A stretch of 35,789 nt of DNA, from NCBI GenBank assembly GCA_903859265.1, contig CAIOLZ010000304.1:1-35789 (forward strand), read 5' to 3'. This stretch comes from an uncultured beta proteobacterium. Its GTDB lineage: Bacteria; Pseudomonadota; Gammaproteobacteria; Burkholderiales; Burkholderiaceae_C. The notes below the pieces were generated by a model. That model saw only the letters and a list, made by a program, of their open reading frames with translations. It was not told the origin of the DNA and did not search any database. Positions 18,117-27,487 of this stretch are shown here, in pieces. A program made the translations under genes and the position numbers. Within the stretch, counting starts at the first letter, position 1, and each line of letters begins with the position of its first letter.

Positions 18117-19238
18117 TTACAGCGACGTATCCGCGAATGCGCCGGGTTGCAAGTGCCGGTCCGTCACCTCTGACCAGCTCAGGATGTTGCGGGTGCGAAT
18201 GCGCGGTGCATGGAGCGCACGTGTGATGGCTGCGCGGATGGATGCCCCGTCTCCCGGAACATAGCCGAAGCGCCCGGTGAATGGGCCGGTCACGCTCTCA
18301 GGGCAGACGGTTGGCAATCCGAAAAAGTCGTACTGCATCATCTTCATGGAACTGTCCATGAGGTAGGACGGCACGGTCGCTCCGGCGTAAGGCGCAATGC
18401 CGATTTGCGCATGCTTGATGTATCGGATGGTTTTGTTGTAAGCCATGTGGTCATAGACCAGCACGTTGGGGCCATAGCGCGCATCGCGGGGATGACCGGA
18501 CCCGATGATGTGAAAGGTAAGCGACGGAAAGGCGTTGCTGGCGATGATGACAAATTCGGCATCAAACAGCATGGATCCGATCGAGGCCACATGGATGCCG
18601 GGACCGTAAGGCGAGGGGTCTCCGAGCGCATGCAGCGAAGTGTCCATACCATGGGGAACCACAAAAACATTGGCTGACGGCGGCAGACTGTTGGCCATGT
18701 CACGGGCGACCAGAATCAATGCGTCCATCAGCGGCGCAACGCGGTCCAGGGTACGAACGGCATAGTCGGCGGCGTCAATCGTGTGCAGGTCATCATTGCA
18801 AAGATAGATGTGGCGGGCCCGCGGATTGAGGCGTTTGGCCAGATCGAAGTGGATCGGTGCAATACCGCTTTCATAGAAGATGACATCGGCCTGAAGAATC
18901 CAGTCCTGAAGAATTGCCGGCGGGCAACTGCGGTACAGGGCAAAGAGCAATCGCTCCAGCGGGCGCAACCAGTGGTAGTGCAAGTTGACGGGGTGCAGCG
19001 GTGTCTTCCATAAAAAGCACTGCACGCCCTGGTGTATTTCGACCTGATTGGCCCGTTCGTCGAGTGCACTGCGAAAGTCATCCTTATGCTTCGAGAGCCG
19101 GCTGTAGCGCATGGAGAAAAAATCGAGATGCCCGCGTTTGGCCAATTCATCGCCAATAAAGTGAACGCTGGACCGGCGCGCAGTGCGGTAGTCGTGGTGG
19201 GCGCTGATGAGCAGGTAGCGTGGTGTTCTGGCGGCCAT
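18117..19238 (-). CDS. gumK: GumK-like beta-1,2-glucuronosyltransferase (GT70)
   Basis: HDYRTARRSSVHFI.DELAKRG, FFSMRYSRLS, YESG, SIGSMLFD, YIKHA.IGIAPY, YL.DSSMKMMQYDFFGLPTVCP. Confidence 0.9.
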   Translation of the reverse strand: MAARTPRYLLISAHHDYRTARRSSVHFIGDELAKRGHLDFFSMRYSRLSKHKDDFRSALDERANQVEIHQGVQCFLWKTPLHPVNLHYHWLRPLERLLFALYRSCPPAILQDWILQADVIFYESGIAPIHFDLAKRLNPRARHIYLCNDDLHTIDAADYAVRTLDRVAPLMDALILVARDMANSLPPSANVFVVPHGMDTSLHALGDPSPYGPGIHVASIGSMLFDAEFVIIASNAFPSLTFHIIGSGHPRDARYGPNVLVYDHMAYNKTIRYIKHAQIGIAPYAGATVPSYLMDSSMKMMQYDFFGLPTVCPESVTGPFTGRFGYVPGDGASIRAAITRALHAPRIRTRNILSWSEVTDRHLQPGAFADTSL

Positions 19239-19240
19239 GG

Positions 19241-20326
19241 TCAGGTGGCAGGCTTTGTTGGTTGAAAAGACGCGAAAGCGCGGTCCATATGGCGTTGCAA
19301 CCAGCGCCGCGTGCCGCGTTGCATCGGCATTTCGACAAAGTGCGACGCCACCATCGGCAGGCCGATGCCCGCAAGTCCCAAAGCCGGCCACAGCGGGTCG
19401 TACACCGTGTGCTGCAAGCCCAGCCATTGCATGCCGAAGTGAAATACCAGCACATGCATCAGGTAAATGGAAAAGCTGGCCTGCCCGATTTTGCGGATCC
19501 ATGGGTTGGCAAACACCATCTGTGTCCAGTCACTGGGCAGGGACAGCAGATAGACCGCGGTCGCCAGCGACACTCCCAAGGCGCTGGATGCATAGAAATC
19601 CGGCTTGCTGGTGTATTGCCAAAGGGGCAGTGCCACCAACAGTGCCGCGCCAAGCTGCAAGGCCGAGAGAATGCGACTTTCGACGCCCGCCCTCCACGAT
19701 GGGCGTGGCAACAGACCGGCCAGCGAGCCGGCCAGAAAGAAATGCAGTTTGTGCGGCAGCATCAGACCGGTCCATCGGTCATGGGTCACGAGCAGGGCAG
19801 CGCATACCAGGGCGAGCAGCGGCAAAGCAGAGACACGGTGGGCGCGCTGGGCGATGGCCCACCACACCAGCAGGAAAAAAATATAGTACTGAATCTCCAG
19901 CGGGATGGACCAGAAGATCAGCACATTGCCGCCAAACAGGTAATGCCGGAGGATGGCATGGGTGCCCTGAATGCGCAGCAGAAAATCAGCATCGGGACTG
20001 GCGTAAGAAATAACAACGCAGACCGAGATCACCAGCCAGTAGATGGGTGCGATGCGGGCGAAACGCGCGACAGCGTAGCGGCCCACTGCGGGCCAGTTCC
20101 AGTGCGCCCCGGCATAGAGGTGGCTCATCAGAAAGCCGCTGAGCACAAAAAAGACCCCCACGCCAGTCTCGCCCAGCGTTGTCACGGTTGCTGGCCACGG
20201 CATGTGCGAGAGCACCACCAGAATGCAGGCGAGGGCCCTTATGCCGTCGAGGTTGGGTAGCAGCGCCGAATAGCCGTGCACTGGTGCGGGGCGGGCTGCC
20301 TTGGGCGCGCGGGGCATCTCGGTCAT
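19241..20326 (-). CDS. Acyltransferase-3 (OafA-like) membrane O-acyltransferase
   Basis: LDGIRALACILVVLSH, GVGVFFVLSGFLM, RFARIAP, WSIPLEIQYY, GQASFSIYLMH, FVEMP. Confidence 0.9.
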   Translation of the reverse strand: MTEMPRAPKAARPAPVHGYSALLPNLDGIRALACILVVLSHMPWPATVTTLGETGVGVFFVLSGFLMSHLYAGAHWNWPAVGRYAVARFARIAPIYWLVISVCVVISYASPDADFLLRIQGTHAILRHYLFGGNVLIFWSIPLEIQYYIFFLLVWWAIAQRAHRVSALPLLALVCAALLVTHDRWTGLMLPHKLHFFLAGSLAGLLPRPSWRAGVESRILSALQLGAALLVALPLWQYTSKPDFYASSALGVSLATAVYLLSLPSDWTQMVFANPWIRKIGQASFSIYLMHVLVFHFGMQWLGLQHTVYDPLWPALGLAGIGLPMVASHFVEMPMQRGTRRWLQRHMDRAFASFQPTKPAT

Positions 20327-21342
20327 TGGGCGGACCGAAGGCCTGTTGTCACCGGAAGAAATTCACGCAGCACGGTGAGCTGGGGCGCCTCAGCGCTGGG
20401 GCCCGGCTGAATACTGAAGGGGTAAGGGCCCCAGCGCGCACCGGCTGCCCAATAGCTCCATCCCAGCCAGAGCCGGTTGTTCTGCATGGCCTTGAGCATG
20501 ACCCGCAGGTCGGCCAGGCACGCCGTGGCGTTGCCGGTGCCGAATTCACCCATGAAGAAATGCACATGCCGGGTCTGGCCCCAGACCGACAGTGCTTTCA
20601 TGATTTTTTCAAGCCGCTGCGGCGCGATGCAATCCGTGCTGGTGCCCGAATAATTGTTGTCCGCGTACTGGTGCAGCTCCACCGCAAACCGCGCCAGAGG
20701 GTCGTTGAAATGCTCGAACGCTTCGGCCGAGCTCAGGCCGTTGAAGGGCTGTTCCCACTCGTGCGCACCGCTCCAGCGGGCGCTGCCGACCATTACCAGG
20801 TGGCTGGAACCGGAGCGGCGCAGTGCCAGCACCGCGGATTGCGCCAGTGCACTCCACTGCGCTACCGGCAAGGCAGCGGGTTCGTTCATCAGGCCCAGGG
20901 CGGTGGTGTTGGCGTCGGGCAGTGCGGCAGCCAGACGCAACCAGACGTCCTCAAAAGCCGAGCCATCGACTGCGTCACTGCCGATGCGTTGTGACCGGTA
21001 GGTGCCGTAGTTGTGCATGTCGAGCAAAACACACAGATTGAGTTCCCGCGCCCATCCGATGACGTGCTCCATTTGTGCCACTTCTGCCGTGTCCAGGGGT
21101 GATTTGAGGCTGTGCTGCACACGCTCCCAGCGAAAGGGCAGACGGATCAGGTTCATGCCGGTGCTCTTGAAATACACCAGATCGTTGCGCCTGGGGTAGG
21201 CGTAGTCGGTGCCCAGTTCGCCGGGTAGCTTTTGTGCGGCAAATTCGGCACCCGACAGGTTGACCCCGGTGAGGCTGGCGTCAAGGCAGCCGCCCCAGGC
21301 CACGCCCGTCCAAAGCATGCAGCAGATCAAGAGCTGTTTCAT
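20323..21342 (-). CDS. Secreted GH5 endoglucanase
   Basis: Signal peptide; GVNLSGAEF, IRLPFRWER, LDMHNY, GLMNEP (acid/base), ELHQY.D, FMGEFG (nucleophile), WAAG. Confidence 0.92.
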   Translation of the reverse strand: MKQLLICCMLWTGVAWGGCLDASLTGVNLSGAEFAAQKLPGELGTDYAYPRRNDLVYFKSTGMNLIRLPFRWERVQHSLKSPLDTAEVAQMEHVIGWARELNLCVLLDMHNYGTYRSQRIGSDAVDGSAFEDVWLRLAAALPDANTTALGLMNEPAALPVAQWSALAQSAVLALRRSGSSHLVMVGSARWSGAHEWEQPFNGLSSAEAFEHFNDPLARFAVELHQYADNNYSGTSTDCIAPQRLEKIMKALSVWGQTRHVHFFMGEFGTGNATACLADLRVMLKAMQNNRLWLGWSYWAAGARWGPYPFSIQPGPSAEAPQLTVLREFLPVTTGLRSAQ

Positions 21343-22475
21343 GGCAAGGCCAGCACCTGGTCATACTGGCAGGCGTAGTGTCCGGCCACGCTCTCCCAGG
21401 AATAGGGCTTCAAATTGGTTTGCATAGCTGCCAGGGATGATTGAAAACGGCGTGGAGAATGGGCCAGATCTGCGTGGAGCCTGCCGATCTGCAGAGCCTT
21501 TTGTGTGGCGCCGGTGGCGTACAGCACGGCGCCAGCGCCGGTGGTCTCGAACAGCCGAATAAAGGGCGGAATCGGGCTGAGCAGTGGAATCAGTCCGGCA
21601 CTGATGGCCTCGATTGGGGCAATCCCAAAACCTTCATGGCGCGACAGGCACAAAAAGTAGCTGGCCAATCCGATCAGCGAGCGCAAGGCGTGCACATCCG
21701 GATTGGGATGGAGCACGATGCGCTGCGCAACGCCGCGGGACTCGGCGTACGCATTCAGATCCCCGGTGTTGAGGTCGTACTCGCGGCCTGCAATCAGGAG
21801 CGTCCACGGTATATGGGGTTGCTGCGCACACAAAGCGGCCAGCACATCCAGACATTCCAGCAAGCCCTTGTTGACCGACCAGCGGCCAAAGTAAATCAGG
21901 ACCGGACGCAGGTCGCTGGATGCGGCGCCGGCAAACTTCTCCAGGTCCACGCCGTTTTCAATCACCACCAGCTGATCCGCAGGGACAACCGGGCTGAACA
22001 ACTCGCCGTCGCTTGCGCTGCTTGCAATGACTCGGGCATAGGCCGTTGCGCTCAGGCGTGTGGCGGTGCGGAAATACAGCTGTTTCAAACGCCGGGCGAA
22101 GCCGGAGTGGAAAAAGCCGCCGTGGGTGGAGGCCACCATGGGCTTGCGCAGCAGCGGGTGCAGGAGCGCCAGATAGTCAAAGAAAAAATCAATGCCATGC
22201 ACGTGGATCAGGTCCGCACTGCCCAGCATCAGTGCCACCTGCGGACACAGGGGATAGCGGTCCGAACCCACAAAGCCCAGCCGGCGCACCGCAACGCCGT
22301 CCAGCATCTCGGTAGAAGGCAGCAGCACATTGGCTTCGCGGAACACGCGGTTCAACGTCAGTACGCAAGGGCAATAGTGTGCTTGGCGCAATTGCTGCTG
22401 TGCCAGATTGCGCACGACTTCCTCCAGTCCACCGACGGATGGCAAATACTGGCGGACCACGTGGACGACTTTCAT
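21339..22475 (-). CDS. gumH: GT4 glycosyltransferase, GumH/AceA-like alpha-1,3-mannosyltransferase
   Basis: MKVVHVVRQYLPSVGGLEEVV, HVHGIDFFFDYLAL, STHGGFFH, YFGRWSVNKG, SRHEGFGIAPIEA. Confidence 0.85.
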   Translation of the reverse strand: MKVVHVVRQYLPSVGGLEEVVRNLAQQQLRQAHYCPCVLTLNRVFREANVLLPSTEMLDGVAVRRLGFVGSDRYPLCPQVALMLGSADLIHVHGIDFFFDYLALLHPLLRKPMVASTHGGFFHSGFARRLKQLYFRTATRLSATAYARVIASSASDGELFSPVVPADQLVVIENGVDLEKFAGAASSDLRPVLIYFGRWSVNKGLLECLDVLAALCAQQPHIPWTLLIAGREYDLNTGDLNAYAESRGVAQRIVLHPNPDVHALRSLIGLASYFLCLSRHEGFGIAPIEAISAGLIPLLSPIPPFIRLFETTGAGAVLYATGATQKALQIGRLHADLAHSPRRFQSSLAAMQTNLKPYSWESVAGHYACQYDQVLALP

Positions 22476-23680
22476 AGGTCGCCCTGCTTGCGACTGCCTG
22501 GATCCGGCACAGGATCTTCGGCCAGGACACCGAGTAAAAACCACATCAGGCCAGCTGTTTTGAGGGCGAACACCGAGGTGCCGCTGATGGCCAGGCTGGA
22601 AAAAAAATACAACACGATGAGGTCACGAAAACGCCGCGCCCGCTCTGACATGCAGGGCATGAGAAACAACAGCAGCAACAGTACGAGCACCGGTAAAACG
22701 CCGAAACGTGACAGCACATAGGCATAACCCATATCGCCAAAGCCGGGCAACAAGCCGTCAAACCCGAGCAGCCTGGCGGGGCCAAACTCCAGCAGGGCTT
22801 GGCCGCTACCGGAGAGACGGCCTGCCAAGGTGTCAGTGATGTTCGGCCAGAGCCACGCGACGCCCACCAGGGCTGCGAAAACCATGAAAGGGAAGACCGG
22901 TGCGACCCAGCGCATGCCGGGCATGGGCAGCAGCCGGTAGCCAAGCAGCACCAGCACCATCAACATTCCAAAGCGTGAGTCGCTCAGGACGATAAATACC
23001 AGCGCCGCCAGTATCAGCAGCAAGGCAGGTTTGCCGATGTCCTGCCAGTTTTTACTGAGGTTCCATGCCAACACAATGGTGGCGAAGTTCCCCAGCGACA
23101 CCGGCTCCAAGAACAGGGAGGAGGTGCGATGTGCGCCCAGAATCGCAGGCAGCAGGGTGCGGCCGATGGCGTCCGGACGAAATCCGTTGAGCGTGAGCGT
23201 CTGTCCGGTCAGCATGGCAGCACTCTCCCGAATGCTGCCCAGACCCGCATAAAACGAAAAGGTATTCAACAGCGTTCCATAGGCGTCGGGAAACAGCACT
23301 TCAAACACGGCCACCACCATGACCAGCACGGTGATTTGCTGAAGAAGCCGCTCGGCAAACCGGGTATCGGCGATCTGGCGGCCGAGGCTCAGAAACAGAA
23401 TCGGGATCAGCAAATCGCGGACGCTTTTCAGATCCGCGCGCTGGCGGATCAGCCAGGTCAGAACAATCCAGCTCATGGCCGAGAGCAGCAGCACCACGGT
23501 CCAGGGCGACATGCGCTGGAGCTGCACCGCAAGACACAGCGCGAAGACCATCGCTTCAGCCAGGCCCACCATGCCGGAAGAAACCGCAAAACCCCTGGCG
23601 TTGAGAAACGCCAGCACGGGGAGGTTGCACAAAGACAGCAGCAGAATCAGCACAACCCAGGGATGCTTTGTCGCTGTCAT
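22472..23680 (-). CDS. gumE: GumE-like Wzy polysaccharide polymerase
   Basis: Multi-TM; NGFRPDAIGRTLLP.ILGAHRTSSLFLEPVSLGNFA, DMGYAY, ISGTSVFALKTAGLMWF. Confidence 0.8.
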   Translation of the reverse strand: MTATKHPWVVLILLLSLCNLPVLAFLNARGFAVSSGMVGLAEAMVFALCLAVQLQRMSPWTVVLLLSAMSWIVLTWLIRQRADLKSVRDLLIPILFLSLGRQIADTRFAERLLQQITVLVMVVAVFEVLFPDAYGTLLNTFSFYAGLGSIRESAAMLTGQTLTLNGFRPDAIGRTLLPAILGAHRTSSLFLEPVSLGNFATIVLAWNLSKNWQDIGKPALLLILAALVFIVLSDSRFGMLMVLVLLGYRLLPMPGMRWVAPVFPFMVFAALVGVAWLWPNITDTLAGRLSGSGQALLEFGPARLLGFDGLLPGFGDMGYAYVLSRFGVLPVLVLLLLLFLMPCMSERARRFRDLIVLYFFSSLAISGTSVFALKTAGLMWFLLGVLAEDPVPDPGSRKQGDL

Positions 23681-23681
23681 G

Positions 23682-24362
23682 TCAAAGCCCGCTCAGACGG
23701 TGGCGACTGGCTGCCGTGAGGTTGTCCATCAGGTCTTTGACAAAGCGCGACTCGCTGGCAAACGCATGGTCCGTGATCGGATCAATGGCCGATACCCGAA
23801 ACAGCAAACCATCGGCGCTCTGGCCTGTCACCGCCAGACGCATTTCGCTGATTTTCTTTTCCATCCCGTCCAGGACAACATGGTCACCCAGCATGGCCCA
23901 GTAGGTCACGGGTTCGTTGCGGCTGGCGCTCAGGCGGGTATGCATCTGCCGCACCGGCAGCACGCCGTAACGGGTCTGGATGTGCAGCTTGTCGTTGGAC
24001 AGGACCTCAAAACCCTGTGCCGGATAACAGACTTCCGGGTAATGCAGCTGCAGGCTTTCACGCTGGTCAGCGCCGTAAGCAATGACCAGCATGATTTGCT
24101 GGCCATCGAGCTGGTTGCGGTACAGCCGCGTGAGGGTCTGGGTGTAGATCCTGGCACTCATTGCGTCCTGCTGCGGGTTGACCACATGCGTCAAGTCGTC
24201 GGGTACCCATTTCCAGTTGCCAAATTGCTCCGGGAGCATGCGCGCGAGGTTGATGGGCGCGGTTTGCAGTACGGCAGGAAAGTACACATTCCGCGCAGTG
24301 ACGATGGCAAAGCAGACCAGCATCAGCGACCCCACCAGCAGCAAGCGCACGGATTTATGCAT
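23682..24362 (-). CDS. epsI: Exosortase-associated protein EpsI (B-type)
   Basis: LPEQFGNW, IY.QTLTRLY, IMLVIAYGADQ, LHYPEVCYPAQGF, EPVTYW, DGLLFRVS. Confidence 0.9.
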   Translation of the reverse strand: MHKSVRLLLVGSLMLVCFAIVTARNVYFPAVLQTAPINLARMLPEQFGNWKWVPDDLTHVVNPQQDAMSARIYTQTLTRLYRNQLDGQQIMLVIAYGADQRESLQLHYPEVCYPAQGFEVLSNDKLHIQTRYGVLPVRQMHTRLSASRNEPVTYWAMLGDHVVLDGMEKKISEMRLAVTGQSADGLLFRVSAIDPITDHAFASESRFVKDLMDNLTAASRHRLSGL

Positions 24363-25230
24363 GTGCGGCTCCGTGCCCCCTGGAATAAACCCGGTACCAG
24401 CCGATGGTGGCGCGCAGCAGCGAATCCATGCCAATGATCAGCAGCAGTGCGCTGAGAAACAGTACCAGCCCGGCAAACCCGTGCAGAAAGCCCTGCCCTG
24501 CGGCATCACCAAAGTGGTAGGTGATGAGGCACAGCACCATGACCCGCAGCACGTTGGCGGTGAAAGAGATCGGCATGATGATGAGTGCCAGCAGCACGTT
24601 GCGGGCAGCCGATTCATGGCGCACCAGATTCAGATAGAGCAGGCCGAGCGCTTCCAGGCTAAACAGCGTGTGCAGTCCGGCACAGGCATCGGCCACCAGC
24701 AATTTGTACTGGCCGATCTGCAGCATGATGCCGGTGCGGCCGATGGGATAGCCCACCCAATACAGAACGTTTTCTGCGACATAGGACACGGCCAGCTTCA
24801 TCGGCATGGTGACGTTGTCCACAAAGGCTCCGGGCAGCGGCACCATGAACACCATGAAAAACAGGGCGAACCACTGCACCCTGAGCGCCGCCACACCCCG
24901 GTGCAATAAAACCACGCCAGCGAGAACCCAGATTGCCGAGCCGATTTCAAACATCAAAATGTGCGCGCTGCGACCTATCACGTAGAGCAGCAGGCCAATC
25001 ACCAGAACCGGCCAGCCCGCAGCATGCGAGGGCTGGCCCATCGCGGCACGTTCCATGGCGCCCCAGTTGCGGTACATCAGCCAGACGGCCATCACCAGCA
25101 CCAGTGGACCATGGCGTTGCTCATCGGTGCTCCAGATGCCCTGCATCAGGTCAAAAAGGCTGGGGCCGTAAAGCAGCGCCAGCCCCAGGGCTGCAGGCCA
25201 CCATTCACGCAAACGTGAGGGGCTAGACAT
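24355..25230 (-). CDS. xrtB: Exosortase B (EpsH/XrtB)
   Basis: HGPLVL, FMVPLP, catalytic Cys-Arg-His motifs VADACAGL, ANVLRV, GFLHGFAG. Confidence 0.93.
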   Translation of the reverse strand: MSSPSRLREWWPAALGLALLYGPSLFDLMQGIWSTDEQRHGPLVLVMAVWLMYRNWGAMERAAMGQPSHAAGWPVLVIGLLLYVIGRSAHILMFEIGSAIWVLAGVVLLHRGVAALRVQWFALFFMVFMVPLPGAFVDNVTMPMKLAVSYVAENVLYWVGYPIGRTGIMLQIGQYKLLVADACAGLHTLFSLEALGLLYLNLVRHESAARNVLLALIIMPISFTANVLRVMVLCLITYHFGDAAGQGFLHGFAGLVLFLSALLLIIGMDSLLRATIGWYRVYSRGHGAAHA

Positions 25231-26113
25231 CGTTGAGCACGGATCCCAGCAAGGCCACGTCACATTGCTGCAGGCGTTGTGCAAGATGGCGGATAGTGGG
25301 GGTCGGACTCTTGTCTTTGCGGGCCACCATCAGGGCCGCACCTGCGCGCGAAGCAATGATGTCGGCGTCGGCGTAATCGCCGCCACTGGGCGTGTCGATC
25401 AGGACCACGTCATATTCCTGGCTGGCAGCATTGAGCATTTGCATGAACGCCAGACGCCCCAGCAATTCCTGGGGATTTGGTGGAATCGCGCCAGCTGGCA
25501 GCACCGACAGGCCCGGCAGGCTGTGTACGGCCCGCACGATTTCCAGCCCGGCGCGACCGGCCAGAATGCTGGATAGTCCAAGCCCCGAGCCGAGCTTGAA
25601 CAGCCCGGCCTGGCCCTTGGTGGCGGGTGAGCGCAGGTCTGCATCAATCAGGAGCGTGCGCTCTCCTTGCTGCGAGAACACGACGGCAAGATTGGCAGCA
25701 ATGAAGCTGCGGCCGTCGCCTTTGCCTGGGCTGACGATGGCCAGTACCTTGTGCAACGGGTTGGCGCTGAACCAGCGCAGCATGATCTGGCTTCTGACTG
25801 CGCGCAGGTTTTCACCAACCGGGCTGAAAGGCTGGTAAGCCGCAACCAGTTGCGTGCTCAGAGTCTGGTCACGTTCCTGCAAATAGGCGTAATCAAACTG
25901 GCGTGACAGGGCGTAGTCCACGTCTTCGCGGGTGATCAGATTCAGTGCAATGGCAGCGTCGCCGAAGGGCAATTTGTGCGCGAGTTGTTGCTCCACTACC
26001 GCGCTGGCGTCTTCCCGGGTGAGCCGCCCGCTGGCGATCAGGATTTCGCCAATCGTGCCGTGTCCGTCGTCCGCACTCGCCGGAATCGAATGCATCAATG
26101 CTTTGGGTGTCAT
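25223..26113 (-). CDS. epsG: Chain-length determinant tyrosine-kinase-like protein EpsG
   Basis: IGEILI..GRL, ALSRQFDYAYL, Walker-A-like GDGRS, LLIDADLR, PPNPQELL, VLIDTP. Confidence 0.9.
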   Translation of the reverse strand: MTPKALMHSIPASADDGHGTIGEILIASGRLTREDASAVVEQQLAHKLPFGDAAIALNLITREDVDYALSRQFDYAYLQERDQTLSTQLVAAYQPFSPVGENLRAVRSQIMLRWFSANPLHKVLAIVSPGKGDGRSFIAANLAVVFSQQGERTLLIDADLRSPATKGQAGLFKLGSGLGLSSILAGRAGLEIVRAVHSLPGLSVLPAGAIPPNPQELLGRLAFMQMLNAASQEYDVVLIDTPSGGDYADADIIASRAGAALMVARKDKSPTPTIRHLAQRLQQCDVALLGSVLNDV

Positions 26114-27486
26114 GTCAGTGCCTTGGGCGTGTTGCGGCCAAAAAGACTGGTTGCGGTGGCAACCGTTCCCAGGCTGGGTATGTCGAGTACCTCGATGAGG
26201 TCCTGCACGGAACGGATGCGGCGGTGCGTGAGTTCCACGCCGAGCGCAACACACAGCCCGAGCAAAGCGCCCAGGATGACGGATACCAGCGTGTTGAGCA
26301 GCAGACGCGGCTTGGAAGGTTCCTGCGGCGCAACGGCGGGGTTGAGCACCGAGATATTGGTCTGATCGGCATGGCTTTCGATGGTTGCCTGTGAGGCGCG
26401 CTGGCTGACCAGCTCAAAGGTGTGCTGTGCCGATTCAATGTCACGGCGCATGACATTGAGTTCATCGCGCTGCTTGTTGAGCAGCAACACGCGGGCTTTC
26501 TGGCTGGCCAGCGTGCCCTGCAAGTGGCGCTCACGCTGCTTGCCCACCTGGTAAGTGGTTTCGATGGCGTCCGTAATCTTTTGCGTTTCGGCTGCAAGCT
26601 GGGCTTTTTCCGCTGCGAGCTCGGATTGCGCGCGCAGCGTCTGCGGATGGTTTTTCCCCAGCGCAATATTGCTGTCGGCCAATTTGCCTTCCATGCGAAC
26701 GATGTCGGCCTTGATGCCGTTGATCAGCGGGCTTTGCATGACTTCGGCGAGGGTGTCGGGGTGTTCGTTGACCCGCTTGCTCTGGCTGTCAGTCGTTTGT
26801 CCCTGCACCGTGGTGAGTTGGCTGGAAGTCTCGTTCAGACGGGCAGTTTCATAGTCGAGACGCTCATCGGCGGTGGTGATGCCGTTGACCTGCTGGTAGG
26901 TGGACATCACGGCCTGCGCGGCTTCGAGTTGGTTGCGGGCGGCTTTGGTTTGCTCCTGAAAAAATGCTGCGTACTGGCGCGCCGGTGCCAGCCGCAAATC
27001 GAGGTTGACATCCATGTACGCCTGTGAAAAAGCGTTCGCCACGGCGGCCGCGAAATCAGGGTCGTTGGCGGTGTAGTTGATGGTGATGATGTTGCTGTCG
27101 CGTGCCGGTTTGACGTCGAGCTTTCGTGCCAGCAAGGCCGCCAGCCAATCATTCAATTGCCCCTGGCCCTTGGTATCCTCCTGCCACTGCTGCCGGATTG
27201 CGGCACTCTGGTCGAGACGCAGCAGCTTGACCACTGCCTTGGCGACCCGGTCGCTGTTGATGATGTCGATTTGTGTCGGCATATAGCCCGGTGCCATCAG
27301 GCCCTGCAGCATCAGACCGCTGACCGGGTCGGGTGATTTCACGTCCACCACCAGCGCGGCACTCGCCGTGTATTGCCTGGACATAACCAGGCTTACCGCC
27401 ACGGTGAGCGCGACCGTGAGCGCAAAGACCAGCAAGACCAGCCTGTAGCGGGCTTTAAAGATCAGGAAAAACTGTTGGAGGTTCAT
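26110..27486 (-). CDS. epsF: Chain-length determinant (polysaccharide co-polymerase) EpsF
   Basis: Two TMs flanking a coiled coil; YMPTQIDIINSDRVA, DERLDYE.ARL, GKNHPQ, PSKPRLLLN. Confidence 0.9.
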   Translation of the reverse strand: MNLQQFFLIFKARYRLVLLVFALTVALTVAVSLVMSRQYTASAALVVDVKSPDPVSGLMLQGLMAPGYMPTQIDIINSDRVAKAVVKLLRLDQSAAIRQQWQEDTKGQGQLNDWLAALLARKLDVKPARDSNIITINYTANDPDFAAAVANAFSQAYMDVNLDLRLAPARQYAAFFQEQTKAARNQLEAAQAVMSTYQQVNGITTADERLDYETARLNETSSQLTTVQGQTTDSQSKRVNEHPDTLAEVMQSPLINGIKADIVRMEGKLADSNIALGKNHPQTLRAQSELAAEKAQLAAETQKITDAIETTYQVGKQRERHLQGTLASQKARVLLLNKQRDELNVMRRDIESAQHTFELVSQRASQATIESHADQTNISVLNPAVAPQEPSKPRLLLNTLVSVILGALLGLCVALGVELTHRRIRSVQDLIEVLDIPSLGTVATATSLFGRNTPKALT

Positions 27487-27487
27487 A

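Noticed and set aside
25223-26113. Walker A Lys-to-Arg change (GDGRS) and absent C-terminal Tyr cluster as a sign of pseudogenisation
   Set aside because: The ORF is intact and coupled to its neighbours; as I recall this pattern is usual for EpsG-type proteins.
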